A DNA stretch of 64,000 bases from Antedon mediterranea (Eukaryota; Animalia; Echinodermata): contig NC_092675.1 of the NCBI RefSeq assembly GCF_964355755.1, positions 17,766,912 through 17,830,911 of the forward strand, read 5' to 3'. The position numbers were made by a program, and so were the translations under genes. The notes beneath the pieces are model-generated. The model had not been told where the DNA came from. It saw nothing but the letters and a program-made list of their open reading frames with translations, and searched no databases. How positions within the stretch are numbered: position 1 is the first letter of the stretch; each line of letters begins with the position of its first letter. Positions 27,792 through 42,700 of the stretch are shown here, piece by piece.

Positions 27792-30700
27792 TTACACGTT
27801 GCTGGCGTTTGGATCTTGAATCTAAAAACAAAAATAAATGTGCTTATTTCAAGTCAGAAATTTAAAATACAATAATAATAATAAATGTATTGCCAACAAC
27901 AAAATACAGTAGCATTGGCTATATGTAAATGAAATGTTCATACCCACTTTGTATTGTATTGTGTTATTTGTGTTACTTTTGCTTTGTTTTAAGTAAAATA
28001 CAATATAATACTCTACAAAAGAGTGACACCTCTTTTATACTTTACAAACACTACAACAATAACGTCATACAATGGTTTTACAGTACTATACTTGGTATAA
28101 TTTTAGATAGTTGATATAACAATTAACAGGTAACGCTCCCAATAACAAACAAACAAACAAACTCTCTCAAATCCGGAAACTCTACCAAAATCATACTTGA
28201 CGAACAAAATGTAACAAATTAATGCTTTTTTTAAAACACATTCAAAATACCACACTTTCTAGAAAACCAGTCCAAGGTTGACCCATATTGGGAGAGTTAA
28301 CATTATAACATTGTACAGTAATACTACTCCATGACTAAATTCTATAAATATATAGAAAAATCCAAGATATTTAAAAGCTTTAAGGATTGGATAAACACTT
28401 ATGCTTCAAATTAATTATAAAATATGTCTCCTCCAACCCCCTTCCCCCTTATCAACCATTACAAATGTTAGTAATTAATATAAAACAGTTACATAACTTG
28501 AACAATCATTAATTTAAATATTAGTACACATTACAAAGATGGTTATTAATCATTTTAAAAAAGAAAAAATCATTTTAAAATCATCTTCTAACACTTAATA
28601 ACACTGTATTAATTTAAAGAAAACTGATAACAATACATAAACCTCTGCTGTAATGGCCTTAGCATAATAATATGCAATAGACCATTTACAAACACTTACA
28701 TAAGACTGTTCAGAGACGGCTGACAATGCAGTCTGTATGTGACAAAGCACACATACAGAAGCATAGGAAAAAAGCAATAAATAAAATTAGTTTTTTTGCC
28801 ATATGTTGGTAACATAACTATGAAAATCATAATATGGTTCCCATGTTTTTAAAAATAATGACTAATTATATATTATCACTAACTCTCACAGTCACATGTA
28901 TGATTGGAACCGAGTGAATAAGTGATATTCTTATGTATATATTGTATATATGATGTGTAAAGTGTCTTCCATTGCAAGGTATCAAAGCCTTCAGTAAAAA
29001 AGATTTAAGAATTGCTCATTACAGGATGTCATAGAAACATTATAAAGGTTGGTTGGAAATTTGTTTTTGAGTACTGAAGAAACTATTCCAATAATCTCCT
29101 AAATTGTAGGAAAATATATTACTGTTTGCACTCAAAGGTTAGATAGCAGAAGCAATAGCTTATTCTCTGTACTGTATCTATAATTTCTACAGTATCATAG
29201 GCACATTCTGTGATAAGTTAACATGTCTATCACATGTGACACCTGTATCACAGGCTATATGCCTACTCTAATCTTAATATAATACAGGCACCACTGATAG
29301 GATAAATTGAGACTATACAGTATAACAGATATGATACTGTATATATTATGCCATATATAGAGATACAGTACAGAAAAACTGGTGAAATGAATGAATGAAT
29401 GAAAGTTGAATGAACCAAACATTTTCATTTATACTTTATCCCATAACAAGTAATACATTGTATTGGTATACATTTGTACAAATTATGGAAGCATTGCTAT
29501 GCTATATACTTACAGTACGGCCAGACATGGCAGAATCGGCACGCGGACTGAATTGACGAGAAACGGCAGAACCTTGACGGGATACTACTGAGCCAGGACG
29601 GGAACTTATTGATTTCGCATCAATATCATCATGGTTGTTCTAAGCATGCAATTAAAGCAGTGTAAAAAAAAAACAAATACCAAACACATGCAAAATTAAA
29701 ACAAAGTAAATTAAAGAGAAAAACAACATCATTACTAAAAAACTTTGATTTTAATATTAGATTCTTTTTTTTTTTAAGCCATTGTGAAAATTCTAAGTAT
29801 TAACCCAGTGCTGAAATATTTTACAGTTTAGTTATACTTCAACAAAATAAAAAATTATTGCCTCACAACGGACAGAAGTAATGGCATCAGTAATATAAAA
29901 AACATGATGCTCACACAATATCATTAATTCCAATTAAGCTGCAAATTTGAATAACTTTTATTTATTTTAAATTTGAATCGTACTCATAATTATTTATTCA
30001 ATTGATTTTTGATATTGTGTCATATTTTAAGAACAAATTTGGTATTGTTTATGGAATTTGCGACGGTATAATTTTTGAAATGACGTAGACAGCTTTGTAG
30101 ATTAATAATCATTTTTAACATTGCTTGTTTTGTATTTTTATTAATTAATGAGCATACTGATTCCTCTTGGGAGGTATTTTTGAAATAAATAAAAACAACA
30201 ATAGAGTGGGAACAACATTGATGATGTAATCAATGGGCTACTTAGCATGCTAGGTAACACCTTTGAATTCACTTGACTGATTGCCTTAACATAAACTGGG
30301 TGTGAATTTAGACTGAGTGACCCGTCCATTGAAACTACATTGTCAATAACAGGTGAGAAACCAAACTAAAAAAACCAAGCATTATCATGATACTGATTCA
30401 TATTATGGCTTCAACAAAAAAAAAGAAAAGTAATCTAATAATAAAACAAAGTTTTAAAACAAGGGTTGGATGGTTGCATTAAACAAATGAAATTTATAAA
30501 GGGTTTGAAAAAACTGAAAGGGTATTAAGAACTTGAAATAAAACAAGTTAGTTTAAAAACAAATTAGAACAGAACTATGGTGAACTAAATAAAGTACATA
30601 TGATATTGTGATCTTTTCATATATATATCTACTGTGTATGGTTTACAAAAAGAATTTTAACTGTAAAAATAAGTTTACATGCTTAGTGCATTAAAATAAA

Positions 30701-33700
30701 TATTTATCGTGATGATGGGAACTTACCGCTGATGAAGGTCTCTGCGAGATGGAACTACCAGGGCGAGAAACAGCCGCCAAAGAACGTGCTGCACTGTGTC
30801 GTCCGCTGCTGGTACTTCCTGCTCCTCTATTGGACAAGGATGCGTCCGAATCCCAGCGTTCCAACTCTTCACGTACAAGTCGCTCCATCTGTTCACGTCT
30901 GTTACCATCGCCCTCCTCATCCTAAGATAAAAGTAGAGAAGGTTTATACATTGGAAATTATGAGTAAGTATTTTATGATGGATGTGACTGTGATGTTTGA
31001 GTTTGTAATCACAGAATCAATGGTACACAAGCATTATACCTCTTTAATATTATCCAATAGTTTGCCCATAGTTTCGCGTCTTTTAAGTTTTGCCCGTTCC
31101 ATAGCCTCTAGTTTAACCAACACCGCATCAATCTTCGACACAATGCTACCAATCGAATGTTCCATACGGTCAACTCTTCGGCTCAAACTAGAAAAAAAAA
31201 AGCAGTTATTAATTAGTATTATAATTATTGGTTATATTCATTCAATCTTTTATTTCAGAATTTCTGGTCCATAGAAAGTAAAATTTCATATAAATACAAC
31301 TGTACTAATTACTACTACTCATCTCAGGATGGCATTCCACCTGGAGAGGTGGAAATAGAACACTTCCTTGCTTTATTGCACTTAAAAGATGTTCCCTTAA
31401 TAGGAGTTCTATTGTACAACTACATTTTCACATACACAACAAATTCTTCATAGGATACACCGCTGACTCCACCACGTCCACGTCCACCACCGCCATCTTC
31501 GTCATCATCATCATAACTACCGTTGCTCTCACTGGTACCAGGGCGTTGTCCACCTCCTCCATTCTCTTCAAGTTCTGCAAGTTGGTTGTTCAAGTCAGTC
31601 TAACAAAACAAATTTGAAAATTACACAACCAACGGCAAACTTTATATATATTGTTATTAAATTCCTTTTAACACCACATATGTACATAAAGTATAAATCT
31701 GCTTCACAAACTAAAATCTTGATGTTAGTACTGTTTAATTAAGTGAAAACTTACCTTTTGTGTTTCAAGGTCTGAAGCCATCTTCATCTGCTCTTCAGCA
31801 TCTAGGATACGATCGCCATCAACGTCATACTTGGCAAACACAGCCTCAATTTCAGGATCAGCATGTCCACGACTATATTCAAATTAGAAATTTATTACAA
31901 ATTGAGATGAAAAGGTGAGATACAAACCTACTAGTCGATATTTGTACTAACAAGAGTAAAAATGTATATATAAAAGTGAACATTAATAATTGGGAGACCA
32001 TTAGATGCAGGTCCATTGGATTAGCTTGCTTCACAAAACAAACCTTACTAATTTTATGTATATGAATGAAGTCTATGCAAACGAGAGATTATTGTAGGTA
32101 GATAAGAAATGGTGAAAGATAAATAAGAAATCACAACATACGCTTTGAGTTCCATTCTCCACTCGTCAAAGTCCAAGTGCTGGTCAGCATTGTGGTCAGC
32201 ATGTGCTAGAGCCTCCTGAATGTCTGCTATCTTGTCGCGTTTAAAGTTCAACTTGCCAACCATCTTCTCGTAGCCTTTCTTGAAATAATCAGTGATTTCA
32301 AATTCACTCTTCTGGTTTGCAATGTCCGCCTTCACTTCACTATAGGTGTCGTTGATAATGGCCAAGAACATGTTCTAAATATTAAATAAAAATAAAATAA
32401 GATCATTTTATAATTTGTAGATAGTAAAAGGTACTTGGTATCATCCTTTTATATATAATAATAATAATCTTAATAGACAGCCTCTATTAATGAAGGTGAC
32501 TTAATGTTTATATAAATTAGGTTACATTTTAATAGAATGTGGTCCTTCAAATAAGGTCTTAAAGGAGGTAGTATTAATAATAGAGAGTGGTCTATTAATA
32601 TGAGTTTTTTTTTTGGAGAGAGAATTGTAAAACAATAGTCTTTTTATATAGATTAGATAGTCTATTATTAATAGAAAGTTGTCTCTTAATAGAGGTAGTC
32701 TCTAAATAAAAGTTGTTTCCTAATAGATGGTGGTTTATTAATAGAGGTAGTCTCTCAATAAAAGTTTTATCATGGTTTTTCAGAATATAGTGGATTAGAA
32801 TTTGCTTTACTTACCAGCAAGACAAAGAACACAACAAATACATAGGACATGAAAAACAGAGGTCCAAGAATACGATTTGCGGCTTCAAGTTCATGGAAAT
32901 CAAAGTCTCCAAGGATGATACGGAACAAAGTGAAGCTGAAAAGTAAAGGGCATATTATGAGAAAGGATTTGTTCCCTTAAATTTACAGTTTTGTTTGACT
33001 GCAATTACATTAAATTTGTTACGGTTGGAAATAAAATAATGACAGTTATACTTACACACAGTCACCGATGGTGTGGAAATCCTTGATCTGAGTGCCAAAG
33101 ACCAAGTAACCCAACTGAGCATATGCCAAAAAGATGATTAAGAACATGACAGTAAAGCCTCCCACGTCTTTAGCACATTTTGACAATGTTGATGATAACT
33201 GGGTCATTGTCTTGTTAAAGCTGATATACTTGAATACCTAGAGTTAAAAAAAAGTCCTTTGTTTATTTTATTTCCTGAAAATACACACTAGTTTAATCAG
33301 TTTAAGTAACACTATGATTGTTTTTTGTAAATTATGGAAAAATAGAGCAAAGTCGTTAGATGTTTTGAAACATTTATTTGTTCAATTTGTAGTAAACTCC
33401 ATTTAATAAACCTTATTTAATAAATGTGTGGTAGAAACCAAAATAGGTAAATTAAAAACATTAAAAGCTCAATACAGATATATATATAGCTACAATAAGT
33501 GTCCAGTATATTGCAAAATCTTTATTGGCTATACTATGTCTATCAAAAACTGAAATAAAAGAAAAAGAAAAAATCATACCTTGACCCAAGCAAGAAATAC
33601 AGCAATAGCAATGACGTTGTTGAACACTCCCTGACAGTAGCCTAAGAATTCAAAGTCAGCATACTGCTCTGGTTGGGATAGCAATGTCTCAATCATACGA

Positions 33701-36700
33701 TTCACAGCCATTGTACGATACACACTGAATACCATACAGAGCACAGATATCTGTAGAAAGATTTTGTTTTCAATGATTTTCATTTTAATAAAATATTATT
33801 ATTTAGTTTTACAATCATCCATCACATCACACAGCCGCATATTTTTGGACTCCAGTAGTCACTAAGAATTTTAATAATTGCGAATTAATAAATAGCTTTG
33901 GGTTAAATGTATTCACTTAATAGATATGAGAAATTGTCATAAAATATAAAGGTTAGTTTCCTTAACCCAGGTGTGATTAGTGAATATGGCCACTGTTAAC
34001 AATGTTTAATTATAAAAACTAACATACAATTTTGAGTTACCTATGTTATCTGTGCACATTGGGAACTACGTCTATAGCCATGAAGCTCATTTAAAACACA
34101 AAAGGCCTAGAAAATGTGAAAACATGAGCTGGCGCATGGCTAACATGCTCAGTGGAATAATGAATTACAAACAATGAAATCAACTCACAATAATGATAAT
34201 GACATCTAAGCAGTTCCAGATAGTTTTAAAATATGCCATGCGATGCTTTCGAATCTCAATAACCTCTTCCACAATGTAGTACATAACGAAGATAACAAAA
34301 ATACATTCACAGGCCCTCACAAAGAAGTCAAAGGCTGTGATGTAACGCAACAGTTTCACGGTTCGGAAATTCCATGAAGGAATAGCGCCACCAGTGGCAG
34401 GGAATTCCATTACCATTCTAGAAGATAAATGTTACATAAAATATTGATTTTGATCAGTTTAAGATTGTTTACATGGCAGAAAACCAATAATTCATTTCAT
34501 TTTTATTTATTATTTTATTCGCAATCCTGTACATATTACAAATAAAAAGATAAAAAATACAATCAAACAAAAACCCATGGGCTACAGACTGGTAATACAT
34601 TAAAAATCCCCAGTTTGTATCCATTGTTGAGACATAAAGGCATTTCTCCTAATGTACATTTATAACCAAAACAATATTAGAGTGGATAATCCTTAGTGAA
34701 AAACCATACATAAATTGTCTGATGTTTTCTTAGAAAATAATAATGGTAATTTTAATGAATATTGAAAAATAAAGCTCTGTCTACACCATCAACCTAGTTT
34801 GACTAAAAATATGTATATGACATCAGCATTTCACACAAAGTTTGATGGTGTAGACAGAGAGCTTAAGAGCACAAAAACAACACTTACCTGACAATACAGA
34901 ACAGATTAATATTAGCATTGTATACAGTGAAATCTATCATCACCACACGTGTTCCACGATCCAGCCACAGGTTTTCCATAAGTTCATTGATCATCAATAT
35001 CGAGTCACCCCGATTATCGGTGAGATCTTGGTAAAAACCGCCACCACTATATGACGCTAGTTTACCCCAGTGAGAAGAGCCGTCTAAGTCCGATTCAGTT
35101 GAATATACCCAACTGCAATTTATAACAAAATAAATAAAATGTTTGTACAATTAGAAAACTGTATACAGTTTAAAACAATAATAGTAGACTGTAATCTTCT
35201 AATAAATTAAAAAAAGAAATCTCTTTCATTTTCAAAAGTTAGAGAGAATAAATTATATAGTTAGGGCTATAACTATAAGTATATGTTTTGTTAAATGGTT
35301 GAAGCATCAGAATTTCCAGAAACCGGACATGGTAGGGCAGCCCAATGGTTTCTGGTATTAAGAGAGTTGGTGTATTAAGTAATAAAGTATAGTCAAGTTT
35401 TTTTCTTAATTAGGACTATGCTCGGATGAGGTTCTGCAGTGTACGAAGATGATGATTGCTCACACCAAAGGTTTCGGTTAATACAAAAAATGAAAAAGAA
35501 ACGTACGCTGTGCCGTTTGCTTTTCCAAATGTTTGTTGATCTTCACTTGCTTCAGAATATGGTGCATAACACGTCTTAATAATGTCAGAAAAATGGTCGT
35601 GAACAATACAGGAGTCGTTTCGTACTTTCAGTTGTCTTATCCGTGGTATTCCTAACATCTTGTTTTCATAAAAAATATAACCCCATTCATCTCGCGTCAC
35701 ATTCTCGTCATTGTACCATTTTTCCCAATACAGTCCGTCCATCAGCACGTTCTGCGAGAACTACAAGAAAGAAAAAAGACATAGAAGATAATGAACATAT
35801 CATTCTATTTAAGATAAACTGCTATTTTCAACCATACAGTGGATGTAAAAACTTGGTTGTTGAGTTGCCCATATTCTACACATTTTGTAATTCAGTAGCT
35901 GAAAATATTATATATAAATACATAAAATAATGAGCTCACCCTCCAGAAATCAGCCATGGTTGTAGATCCACGGAATGTATTCTTGGTGTCTGGATACTGG
36001 GAGTCTAAGAATAGCTCTGACATGACTTTAGTGTAGTAGTACATAGTAGAGCTGGTCATTCCAAACGTGACTGTAAAAATATAACAAGTAGGCATTGTAC
36101 ATCATAATTTTGATTTTTATTAAATAATTAAAAATCGAGATCAAAAAATCTTCCAATCATAGGTTTATTTTCACATTAAAAGTTGAGGTTTAAACAAGAC
36201 AATAATTTATATTTGAAATTAGTTTCTTTTCATATTGTCATTTGAAGATAACAATGAAAAGTATGAATATAAAGTAATTTGTTGACGATAAACAATACAT
36301 TTTTTCACTGTAATTATACAGTATCTCTGTTGAGATAATAGTCTATTGCAATCTTAATATCCAGGTACTATAGATAGACACACACATTTTCCAGTACTAC
36401 ATCATAAACAGAGAAAATAAATTCAGAAAAGAATTTCTCCATGGTAGAATGATACTGATGATTAAAATTATCATGGGAAATGAAATCACATTTACACAGC
36501 ACTAAATGGAATTTAATTAATTCATTAATGGTTCATGTTGCTTTATAACTAGGTTGCATTATTATTTATTTAGTATTTATCAACAATGGAAACTCATAAT
36601 TTAATCATGCTTTAGTTACAGAACAGGGAGAGTAAGGCTTGGTTCTCAAGGGACGCAATGCAAGGACGTAAGCGCAACGTATGTAAGTGATTTGACCAAT

Positions 36701-39700
36701 CATAAGCGATGCATTATTCGAACTGTCACTTGTTATTGGTTGCGCCATTGCGTCTCTAATGGGAACCAGGCTAAAGTCGGGTTCATTTATTACAGTTTTT
36801 AGAATACATAATAAAGTAAAATCTGAGTAAAGTTGACATTTAAAAGAGAGCAATAACCAGAAGCGTAATCTCAAGATTAAGTGAGAAACTGATTTGCTAA
36901 TTTTCGGAATTGAGAATTTTACCTTATTTAAACAACAATTTTAAATTATTAAATAAACTATAAATATTAGAACAAATGATTAATTTAATTGCAAATAACT
37001 TTAAAAGAAATGTTGAACATTGGTAATAAAGATTGGTTAAAATACTCCATGTACTGCAGTAAATTATGGTTGATTTTTATATACAGCTTTGTAAAGGTAT
37101 TGTGAGATATTGCAACAATTGATATTGACAATGAACAGAATCTTGAATTATTGGTTTGCCAAGCAACGAGCAAGGTAGAATTGACTACTAATTATAATTA
37201 ATAAAATGTGATAAAGTACTGTAAGTAACTTCTATTGTTCCTATTCAACGATGCAATTGTCATAATCTTTATATTAGAAAGCCATCTCTACCCGATTGGG
37301 TAGCTTTGTATTGAAATTGGTTTCATTTTATACTGCGTCATTGGTTGCCAAGGAGTTTCTATAGAAACTACAACAAAAACTATATCGAAGGATATTGATT
37401 ATGATATTTACGTTGAGTAGGTGAAAGGGATTCCAACATCGTTACCATTTTATGATACTTTAAAGATGTTTATAATCGCTACAAAACTGTTTTCATAACA
37501 TTTTAAATTTAAATATAAATTAACCATATATATTCTACCATGTTTTAAAGTACTACCAAATATGACAGTACACATTTAAATAATATTCTATAATAACTGA
37601 AAAAACAAAGTTTTTCTTGACCCAACCTAAATTACCTCAGTTTGTTTCAGGAATATAAATTTTATATTTATTTAATTAAAAAAGAACAAGTGAAACAATG
37701 ATGATAATTGAATACAGTAATACTACATAGTGAGAAATGATGAATCAATACTGTAGCAGCATGGTTAGGTTTAATCAACAACTTTATTAATCAAAAAAAT
37801 AAGGCTTTGAGGAGACCTACACAATTATACCTCTACTATGATCCAATTGAGGTGAAAGGAGCTTTCCTGTTCAGTTTTGTTTATTAATAAAATAGTGGAT
37901 GACATCTGTGAAACTGGCAATAGTACACATAGGTATTCATAAAGTTAATAAAGTTAATACCTAAAATGGCCCGAGTGTGTACTTTGTAACTAATTGTACA
38001 GGTTCCCCAAATCACTGGTCATACAATGTAAAAAGAATCTGACATTACTGACATTTAAGTAATGTTCTATTCTGTTTGTATCAATAAAATCATCCAAACA
38101 CTTGAATTGCTTTTTAAATGGTTCACTAGAACTAATAACATTAACATTAAAATGCTTAATGGAAAAATTATTCACTAATTTGGATTTCAAAGTGCAGTGT
38201 GCAAAATTCCCTAAGCGTATTTCATTATGAGATTCAATAATTGGAAGAAAATAATATTCCATGTAAACATCTAACTGCAAGTTTTAATATTCATCACACA
38301 CCTAATTAAAGTGTAAGAGCTGAACAGTGAATAACAATAGTTTGCTAATACTGATAGTTAATACAGAACCATGTCCTCAGACAGCTTATATAATAAAACA
38401 TTGTTTGTGTCTTTCTTTCAGATGCAAATCATATCATATTGGAAGCTTGTACCGCACAATAGAATGCTACTTAAGTGCGTGCTTATCAGATATTCCACCT
38501 ACTGTATACTGTATACATAGCATCTTGTTTTTACAATATAAATAAATTAAAATGTAATAAATGAGGCCTAGCATCACAAAAGCGGCGCAGAGTCGCAACC
38601 CAAACTTTTGAGTTATTTTTTATTTTATTTAAGTCGTAAATCTATTAGGAAATTTGCTTTTTTTTCACTGAAAAATTTACATTTTTTTTCTTTACAGTTA
38701 CACTGTTGGATCTTGAATAAATAAATTTTGTAAACAAACCGCTAACCCGAATCACGTCACGTTTTATAGATTTAAAGGCAAAAATAATGAATGTTTATGA
38801 GTTGAATAAGGATATTATTATAAAATTGACAATGAAACTGACAGAAACCATTTCAAGAATAAATGACAGAATAAAGTAAGGAACACCAAAATAATTCATT
38901 AAACACTTCCTGTCACCATTTGGTTATGTGTTTCATTATTATTCAGTTATTTGTTCTTGAAAATGTTTCCGAAACATTTATCCTCTTGTTTTTATCATAA
39001 ATTAAATGAAATGAGCGTCTTTGAATTTATTAATAGTATTAGTAGATTTACTGTTCTATTAAAACACCACGGTGGCACTATTTTTTTTTGTATTGAATTT
39101 ATGTGCTTACAAAATTAAGATGCAAGAGTTTTGGAATATATTACTGTAAATACTAATTATACTAAACAGATGTCTTACCATCATTTGAACCTCTTTAAGT
39201 TGGTGACTATGCAACTACAGTATTGTAAAATGCAGACTGAGCTGGTTTTTTTGCATCATTATTATATTCAATAGTAAAGAAATTAAATGCATTAGTGTTG
39301 GCTGTTGCTGACCTTAACATACTGGCTGTTGCTGACCATGAGGTATTAGTCTGACCTGAACATAAGTGGCGTTGTACTACTCATCATGCAGTTGCTAACT
39401 GTTGTACTGTATCTTTAAATAATATCACATACAAATCCTACACAATGTACTTACCAATGCAAATGACAACCAAGAAGACCATGTAAATGGCTAATTCTCG
39501 CAGGGTGGTCCGCACATGCAGTTCTTTATCGGCCTTTGTGTCATCTGTCTGTCTGGTTCTCCAAAAAGCTACAAATTTAGATTTTGAAATATGTCTTTAG
39601 TTTTAATATTCCGTATTTTACTACTGTAGGTAGCAACATAACATTCGATAAAATTATTATGCATATCATTACACTCACTGAGAAATGGTTTGGCCTATTC

Positions 39701-42700
39701 CACTGGACCCACAGCTACAGTAGTATGATTCACATTGTTTTAATATGGTTGGCTACAATATTTTATAAGGTACCGGTACTGTAGGATGATTATGAAACAT
39801 TAGAATTAACCGTGGTTTAGTAAATCAAACCGTTTACAAAAAGTAAAAACAAAACAAAATATTTTCCATCTTATAACTAATTAATAATTAAAATCACATT
39901 TCACATCTTTGTCAAAGTTTCATTTATTATTTTATAACCTACTGCACTGTATGCAAATCATTACCATACCGACAGCCATAATACCTATCTTAAAACTGAG
40001 TATGTGAGAAATACAGGAGGAAACTAGGTTCTACTAATACTATACTAAATTAATCCAACGTGTCAAGTGGAGAAGCCAGCTTCAACCTACTTAAAATACA
40101 GGCAGGGAACCCGTCTTATATTACCTTTAAGCAAGCTAAATTTAGCTAACAAGCATCAATGTTGTTATAGATAGTAACCTGTGTGTTAGAGCACACTGCA
40201 GTTTTCAGAACAGAAGTATTCAGCCTCCTGCTAAACACACTATTTAGGGCTTTTCCTAGTAAAGTCTACGAGGTAACGTGGGTTAGAAAGTTAAGGGTTA
40301 GTGGAAATAGAATGATACTTTTGGGTATATTATAGAGTCTTGGGCATATGCTGTGTTGAAAACAGGCTGGGTGGAAGACCTTAACATATATTTTAGGCTG
40401 GTTGGAAAACTCTCACTTGCCTTTGCCAAGTACAATTCATTGACAATCACTATGGCCATGTTGTAACAGTAACTTTCAAAATTGGGGGCTTTTTTATGTT
40501 GCAATAATCTAGTATTTAATTTTTATTGTAAAGATGTGACTGTTTTTTTAATGTTTTTTTTTTAATTAGTGAATAAATCAATAGTGAAAATGGATGTCAT
40601 TACATCTTTATCAGTTCTTGGAAAAACAAACATTAATTTACAAGAAGACTGTACCAAATAAACGGTATTGTGCATTCAGTGTAAACAGAAACTGCAGAGT
40701 AACTAAAGAAGAGCTATATTGACTGTATAATACGGGATACGTTTCCTCTTGAAATTAAACATTTTCTCACAGAAATAACATTCAGCAGATGCTCTAGATA
40801 CTTCTATTCTATTTCATTATAAAGAGTTTAGATTTCACAATTACGCACGTTTCATACCCAAAGGCATTGCTTTTTTAGAGGTTTCTAAATGCTTCCCCTC
40901 AACAGAGACTAAAAGAATCAGCGCACGTCTCAGTGCCTCTTTTCATAACACACAAGCCTGTTTAATAAAGAAAGCACAAACCATCATAGTATGCACAAAC
41001 TAAATAATGCTGTGTTATGAGTGAGTTGAGAAATACTAAGAAGGTTATTGGTGAGATAAATTTAAAGAGTCAAGATTTGAAAGCAGAAGGTGTAACAGCT
41101 GACAGGCAACACCTGATATAAACAAACAAAAGTTTCAATTTGTTTTTAATATTACTGTACGAAGAAGCACTGTTATTGTAGTAACAATTGTTTCATTGTA
41201 CTTTTTATATAGGAACACTACTATCTATATTTAGTCACTAATCGACTGATTGCCGAAAATGATTGATTATATATCAGTACAGTACACAGTAGAAGCTCCT
41301 TTGGGACACCTCTATTCAAGGGACATTTCCATGTGAATGAACGGGGGCGACATGTTTTAAAATTACAGTCAATCCTTATTTTGGGGCCATCTCTATTACA
41401 CTTTGTGGGGTCCCAATACAATAATACAACTATATAACAATGGTGCATCCTTAATATGGGTTTTACTGTATTAACTATTCATCATGATAATGCACTTGTC
41501 AATTGTATGACCCACTATACGACCCTCGGGAGAGGTGCGTCATTTGTCCGATGTGCGTCGACCTTTGAATACCATGACGCACCCGTGCGTAAAAAATGTG
41601 ACTTACTTTTAGGTGACCATGACGCACCCATTTTGACACACTGTGACCATGTTGTTTATGATATGGTGGGTGGTAAAGTGACGGACATTGACACACCTTG
41701 TTCATTGATGTGACGTACCATCTAGGTTTTTTGACGCACCCCTGCGTCAGTAATTATTTGTAAATGACGCACCTCTCCCGGGAGTCGTATAGTGGGTCAT
41801 ACAATTGACAAGTGCATAATTGTTATAAAGACAACATACACAGTGATTAAAAAACAAGCCTAACAATACCTAGAATTGCTTTTTGAGAAAAAAATATATC
41901 TTTAACTAAATCATAATATTCTAACTTTACTATACGGAAATAATACTAATATATCAACTTAATTTGGAATCGTTAACTGTGTGAAGTAGTGGTAACCGCG
42001 TCTATTTTTTTCTATTACTAAAATGGCTAATATAAATTGCGTTTATATAAAATTATTTTGTACATTATTGATTTTTAGTGCAAATTATAATTTATTCATA
42101 AGCACACGTTGTACAAGGATATCACAAAGACATACAACTTATCGATTTTGTTATAAAAGCTACCAAGGAGAGGCTTCGATCGCTGTATTTGACAAATCAA
42201 TATTGAACTAGAAAAACATTGAAAATTCGTTCAAGTATAGATTATGAACATAGCGCAATAGCAAATTTGAATAGAGCTTATGGGCAAACAATTTAATGCA
42301 CTTATTAATTTCTGATGAGAAATAACAAAATTAAATATTGATTATTGTGCAATGCAGATATTGACGCATGAAAATGAACAGCGGTACGATATCCTTCCGC
42401 CATCTTAAAAAGAGCAGTTAAAAAGTGTAACAAATTATATAACTAAATAATATTAAAGTATTTCAGAGGCTAATTGTCATTGTAAAGTACTACAAATTAA
42501 ACTATTATTATTAAAATGACAGCTAATTTTAAAAATTCCCTATAAAACAGATAATTAAAGAATGAAAACATGTTAATAATTAATAATCTAAATACGATAC
42601 ACGCATATCACAATGATGGAAATGTGATTAAAATAATTTTTTTAAACATATTTTACTGTTGATATTGTTGTCAGCAATGTTGAAATTGCCAATATATTAT

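Noticed and set aside
30732-31274. 180-aa plus-strand ORF
   Set aside because: Antisense shadow of two PKD2 exons with no recognisable motif.
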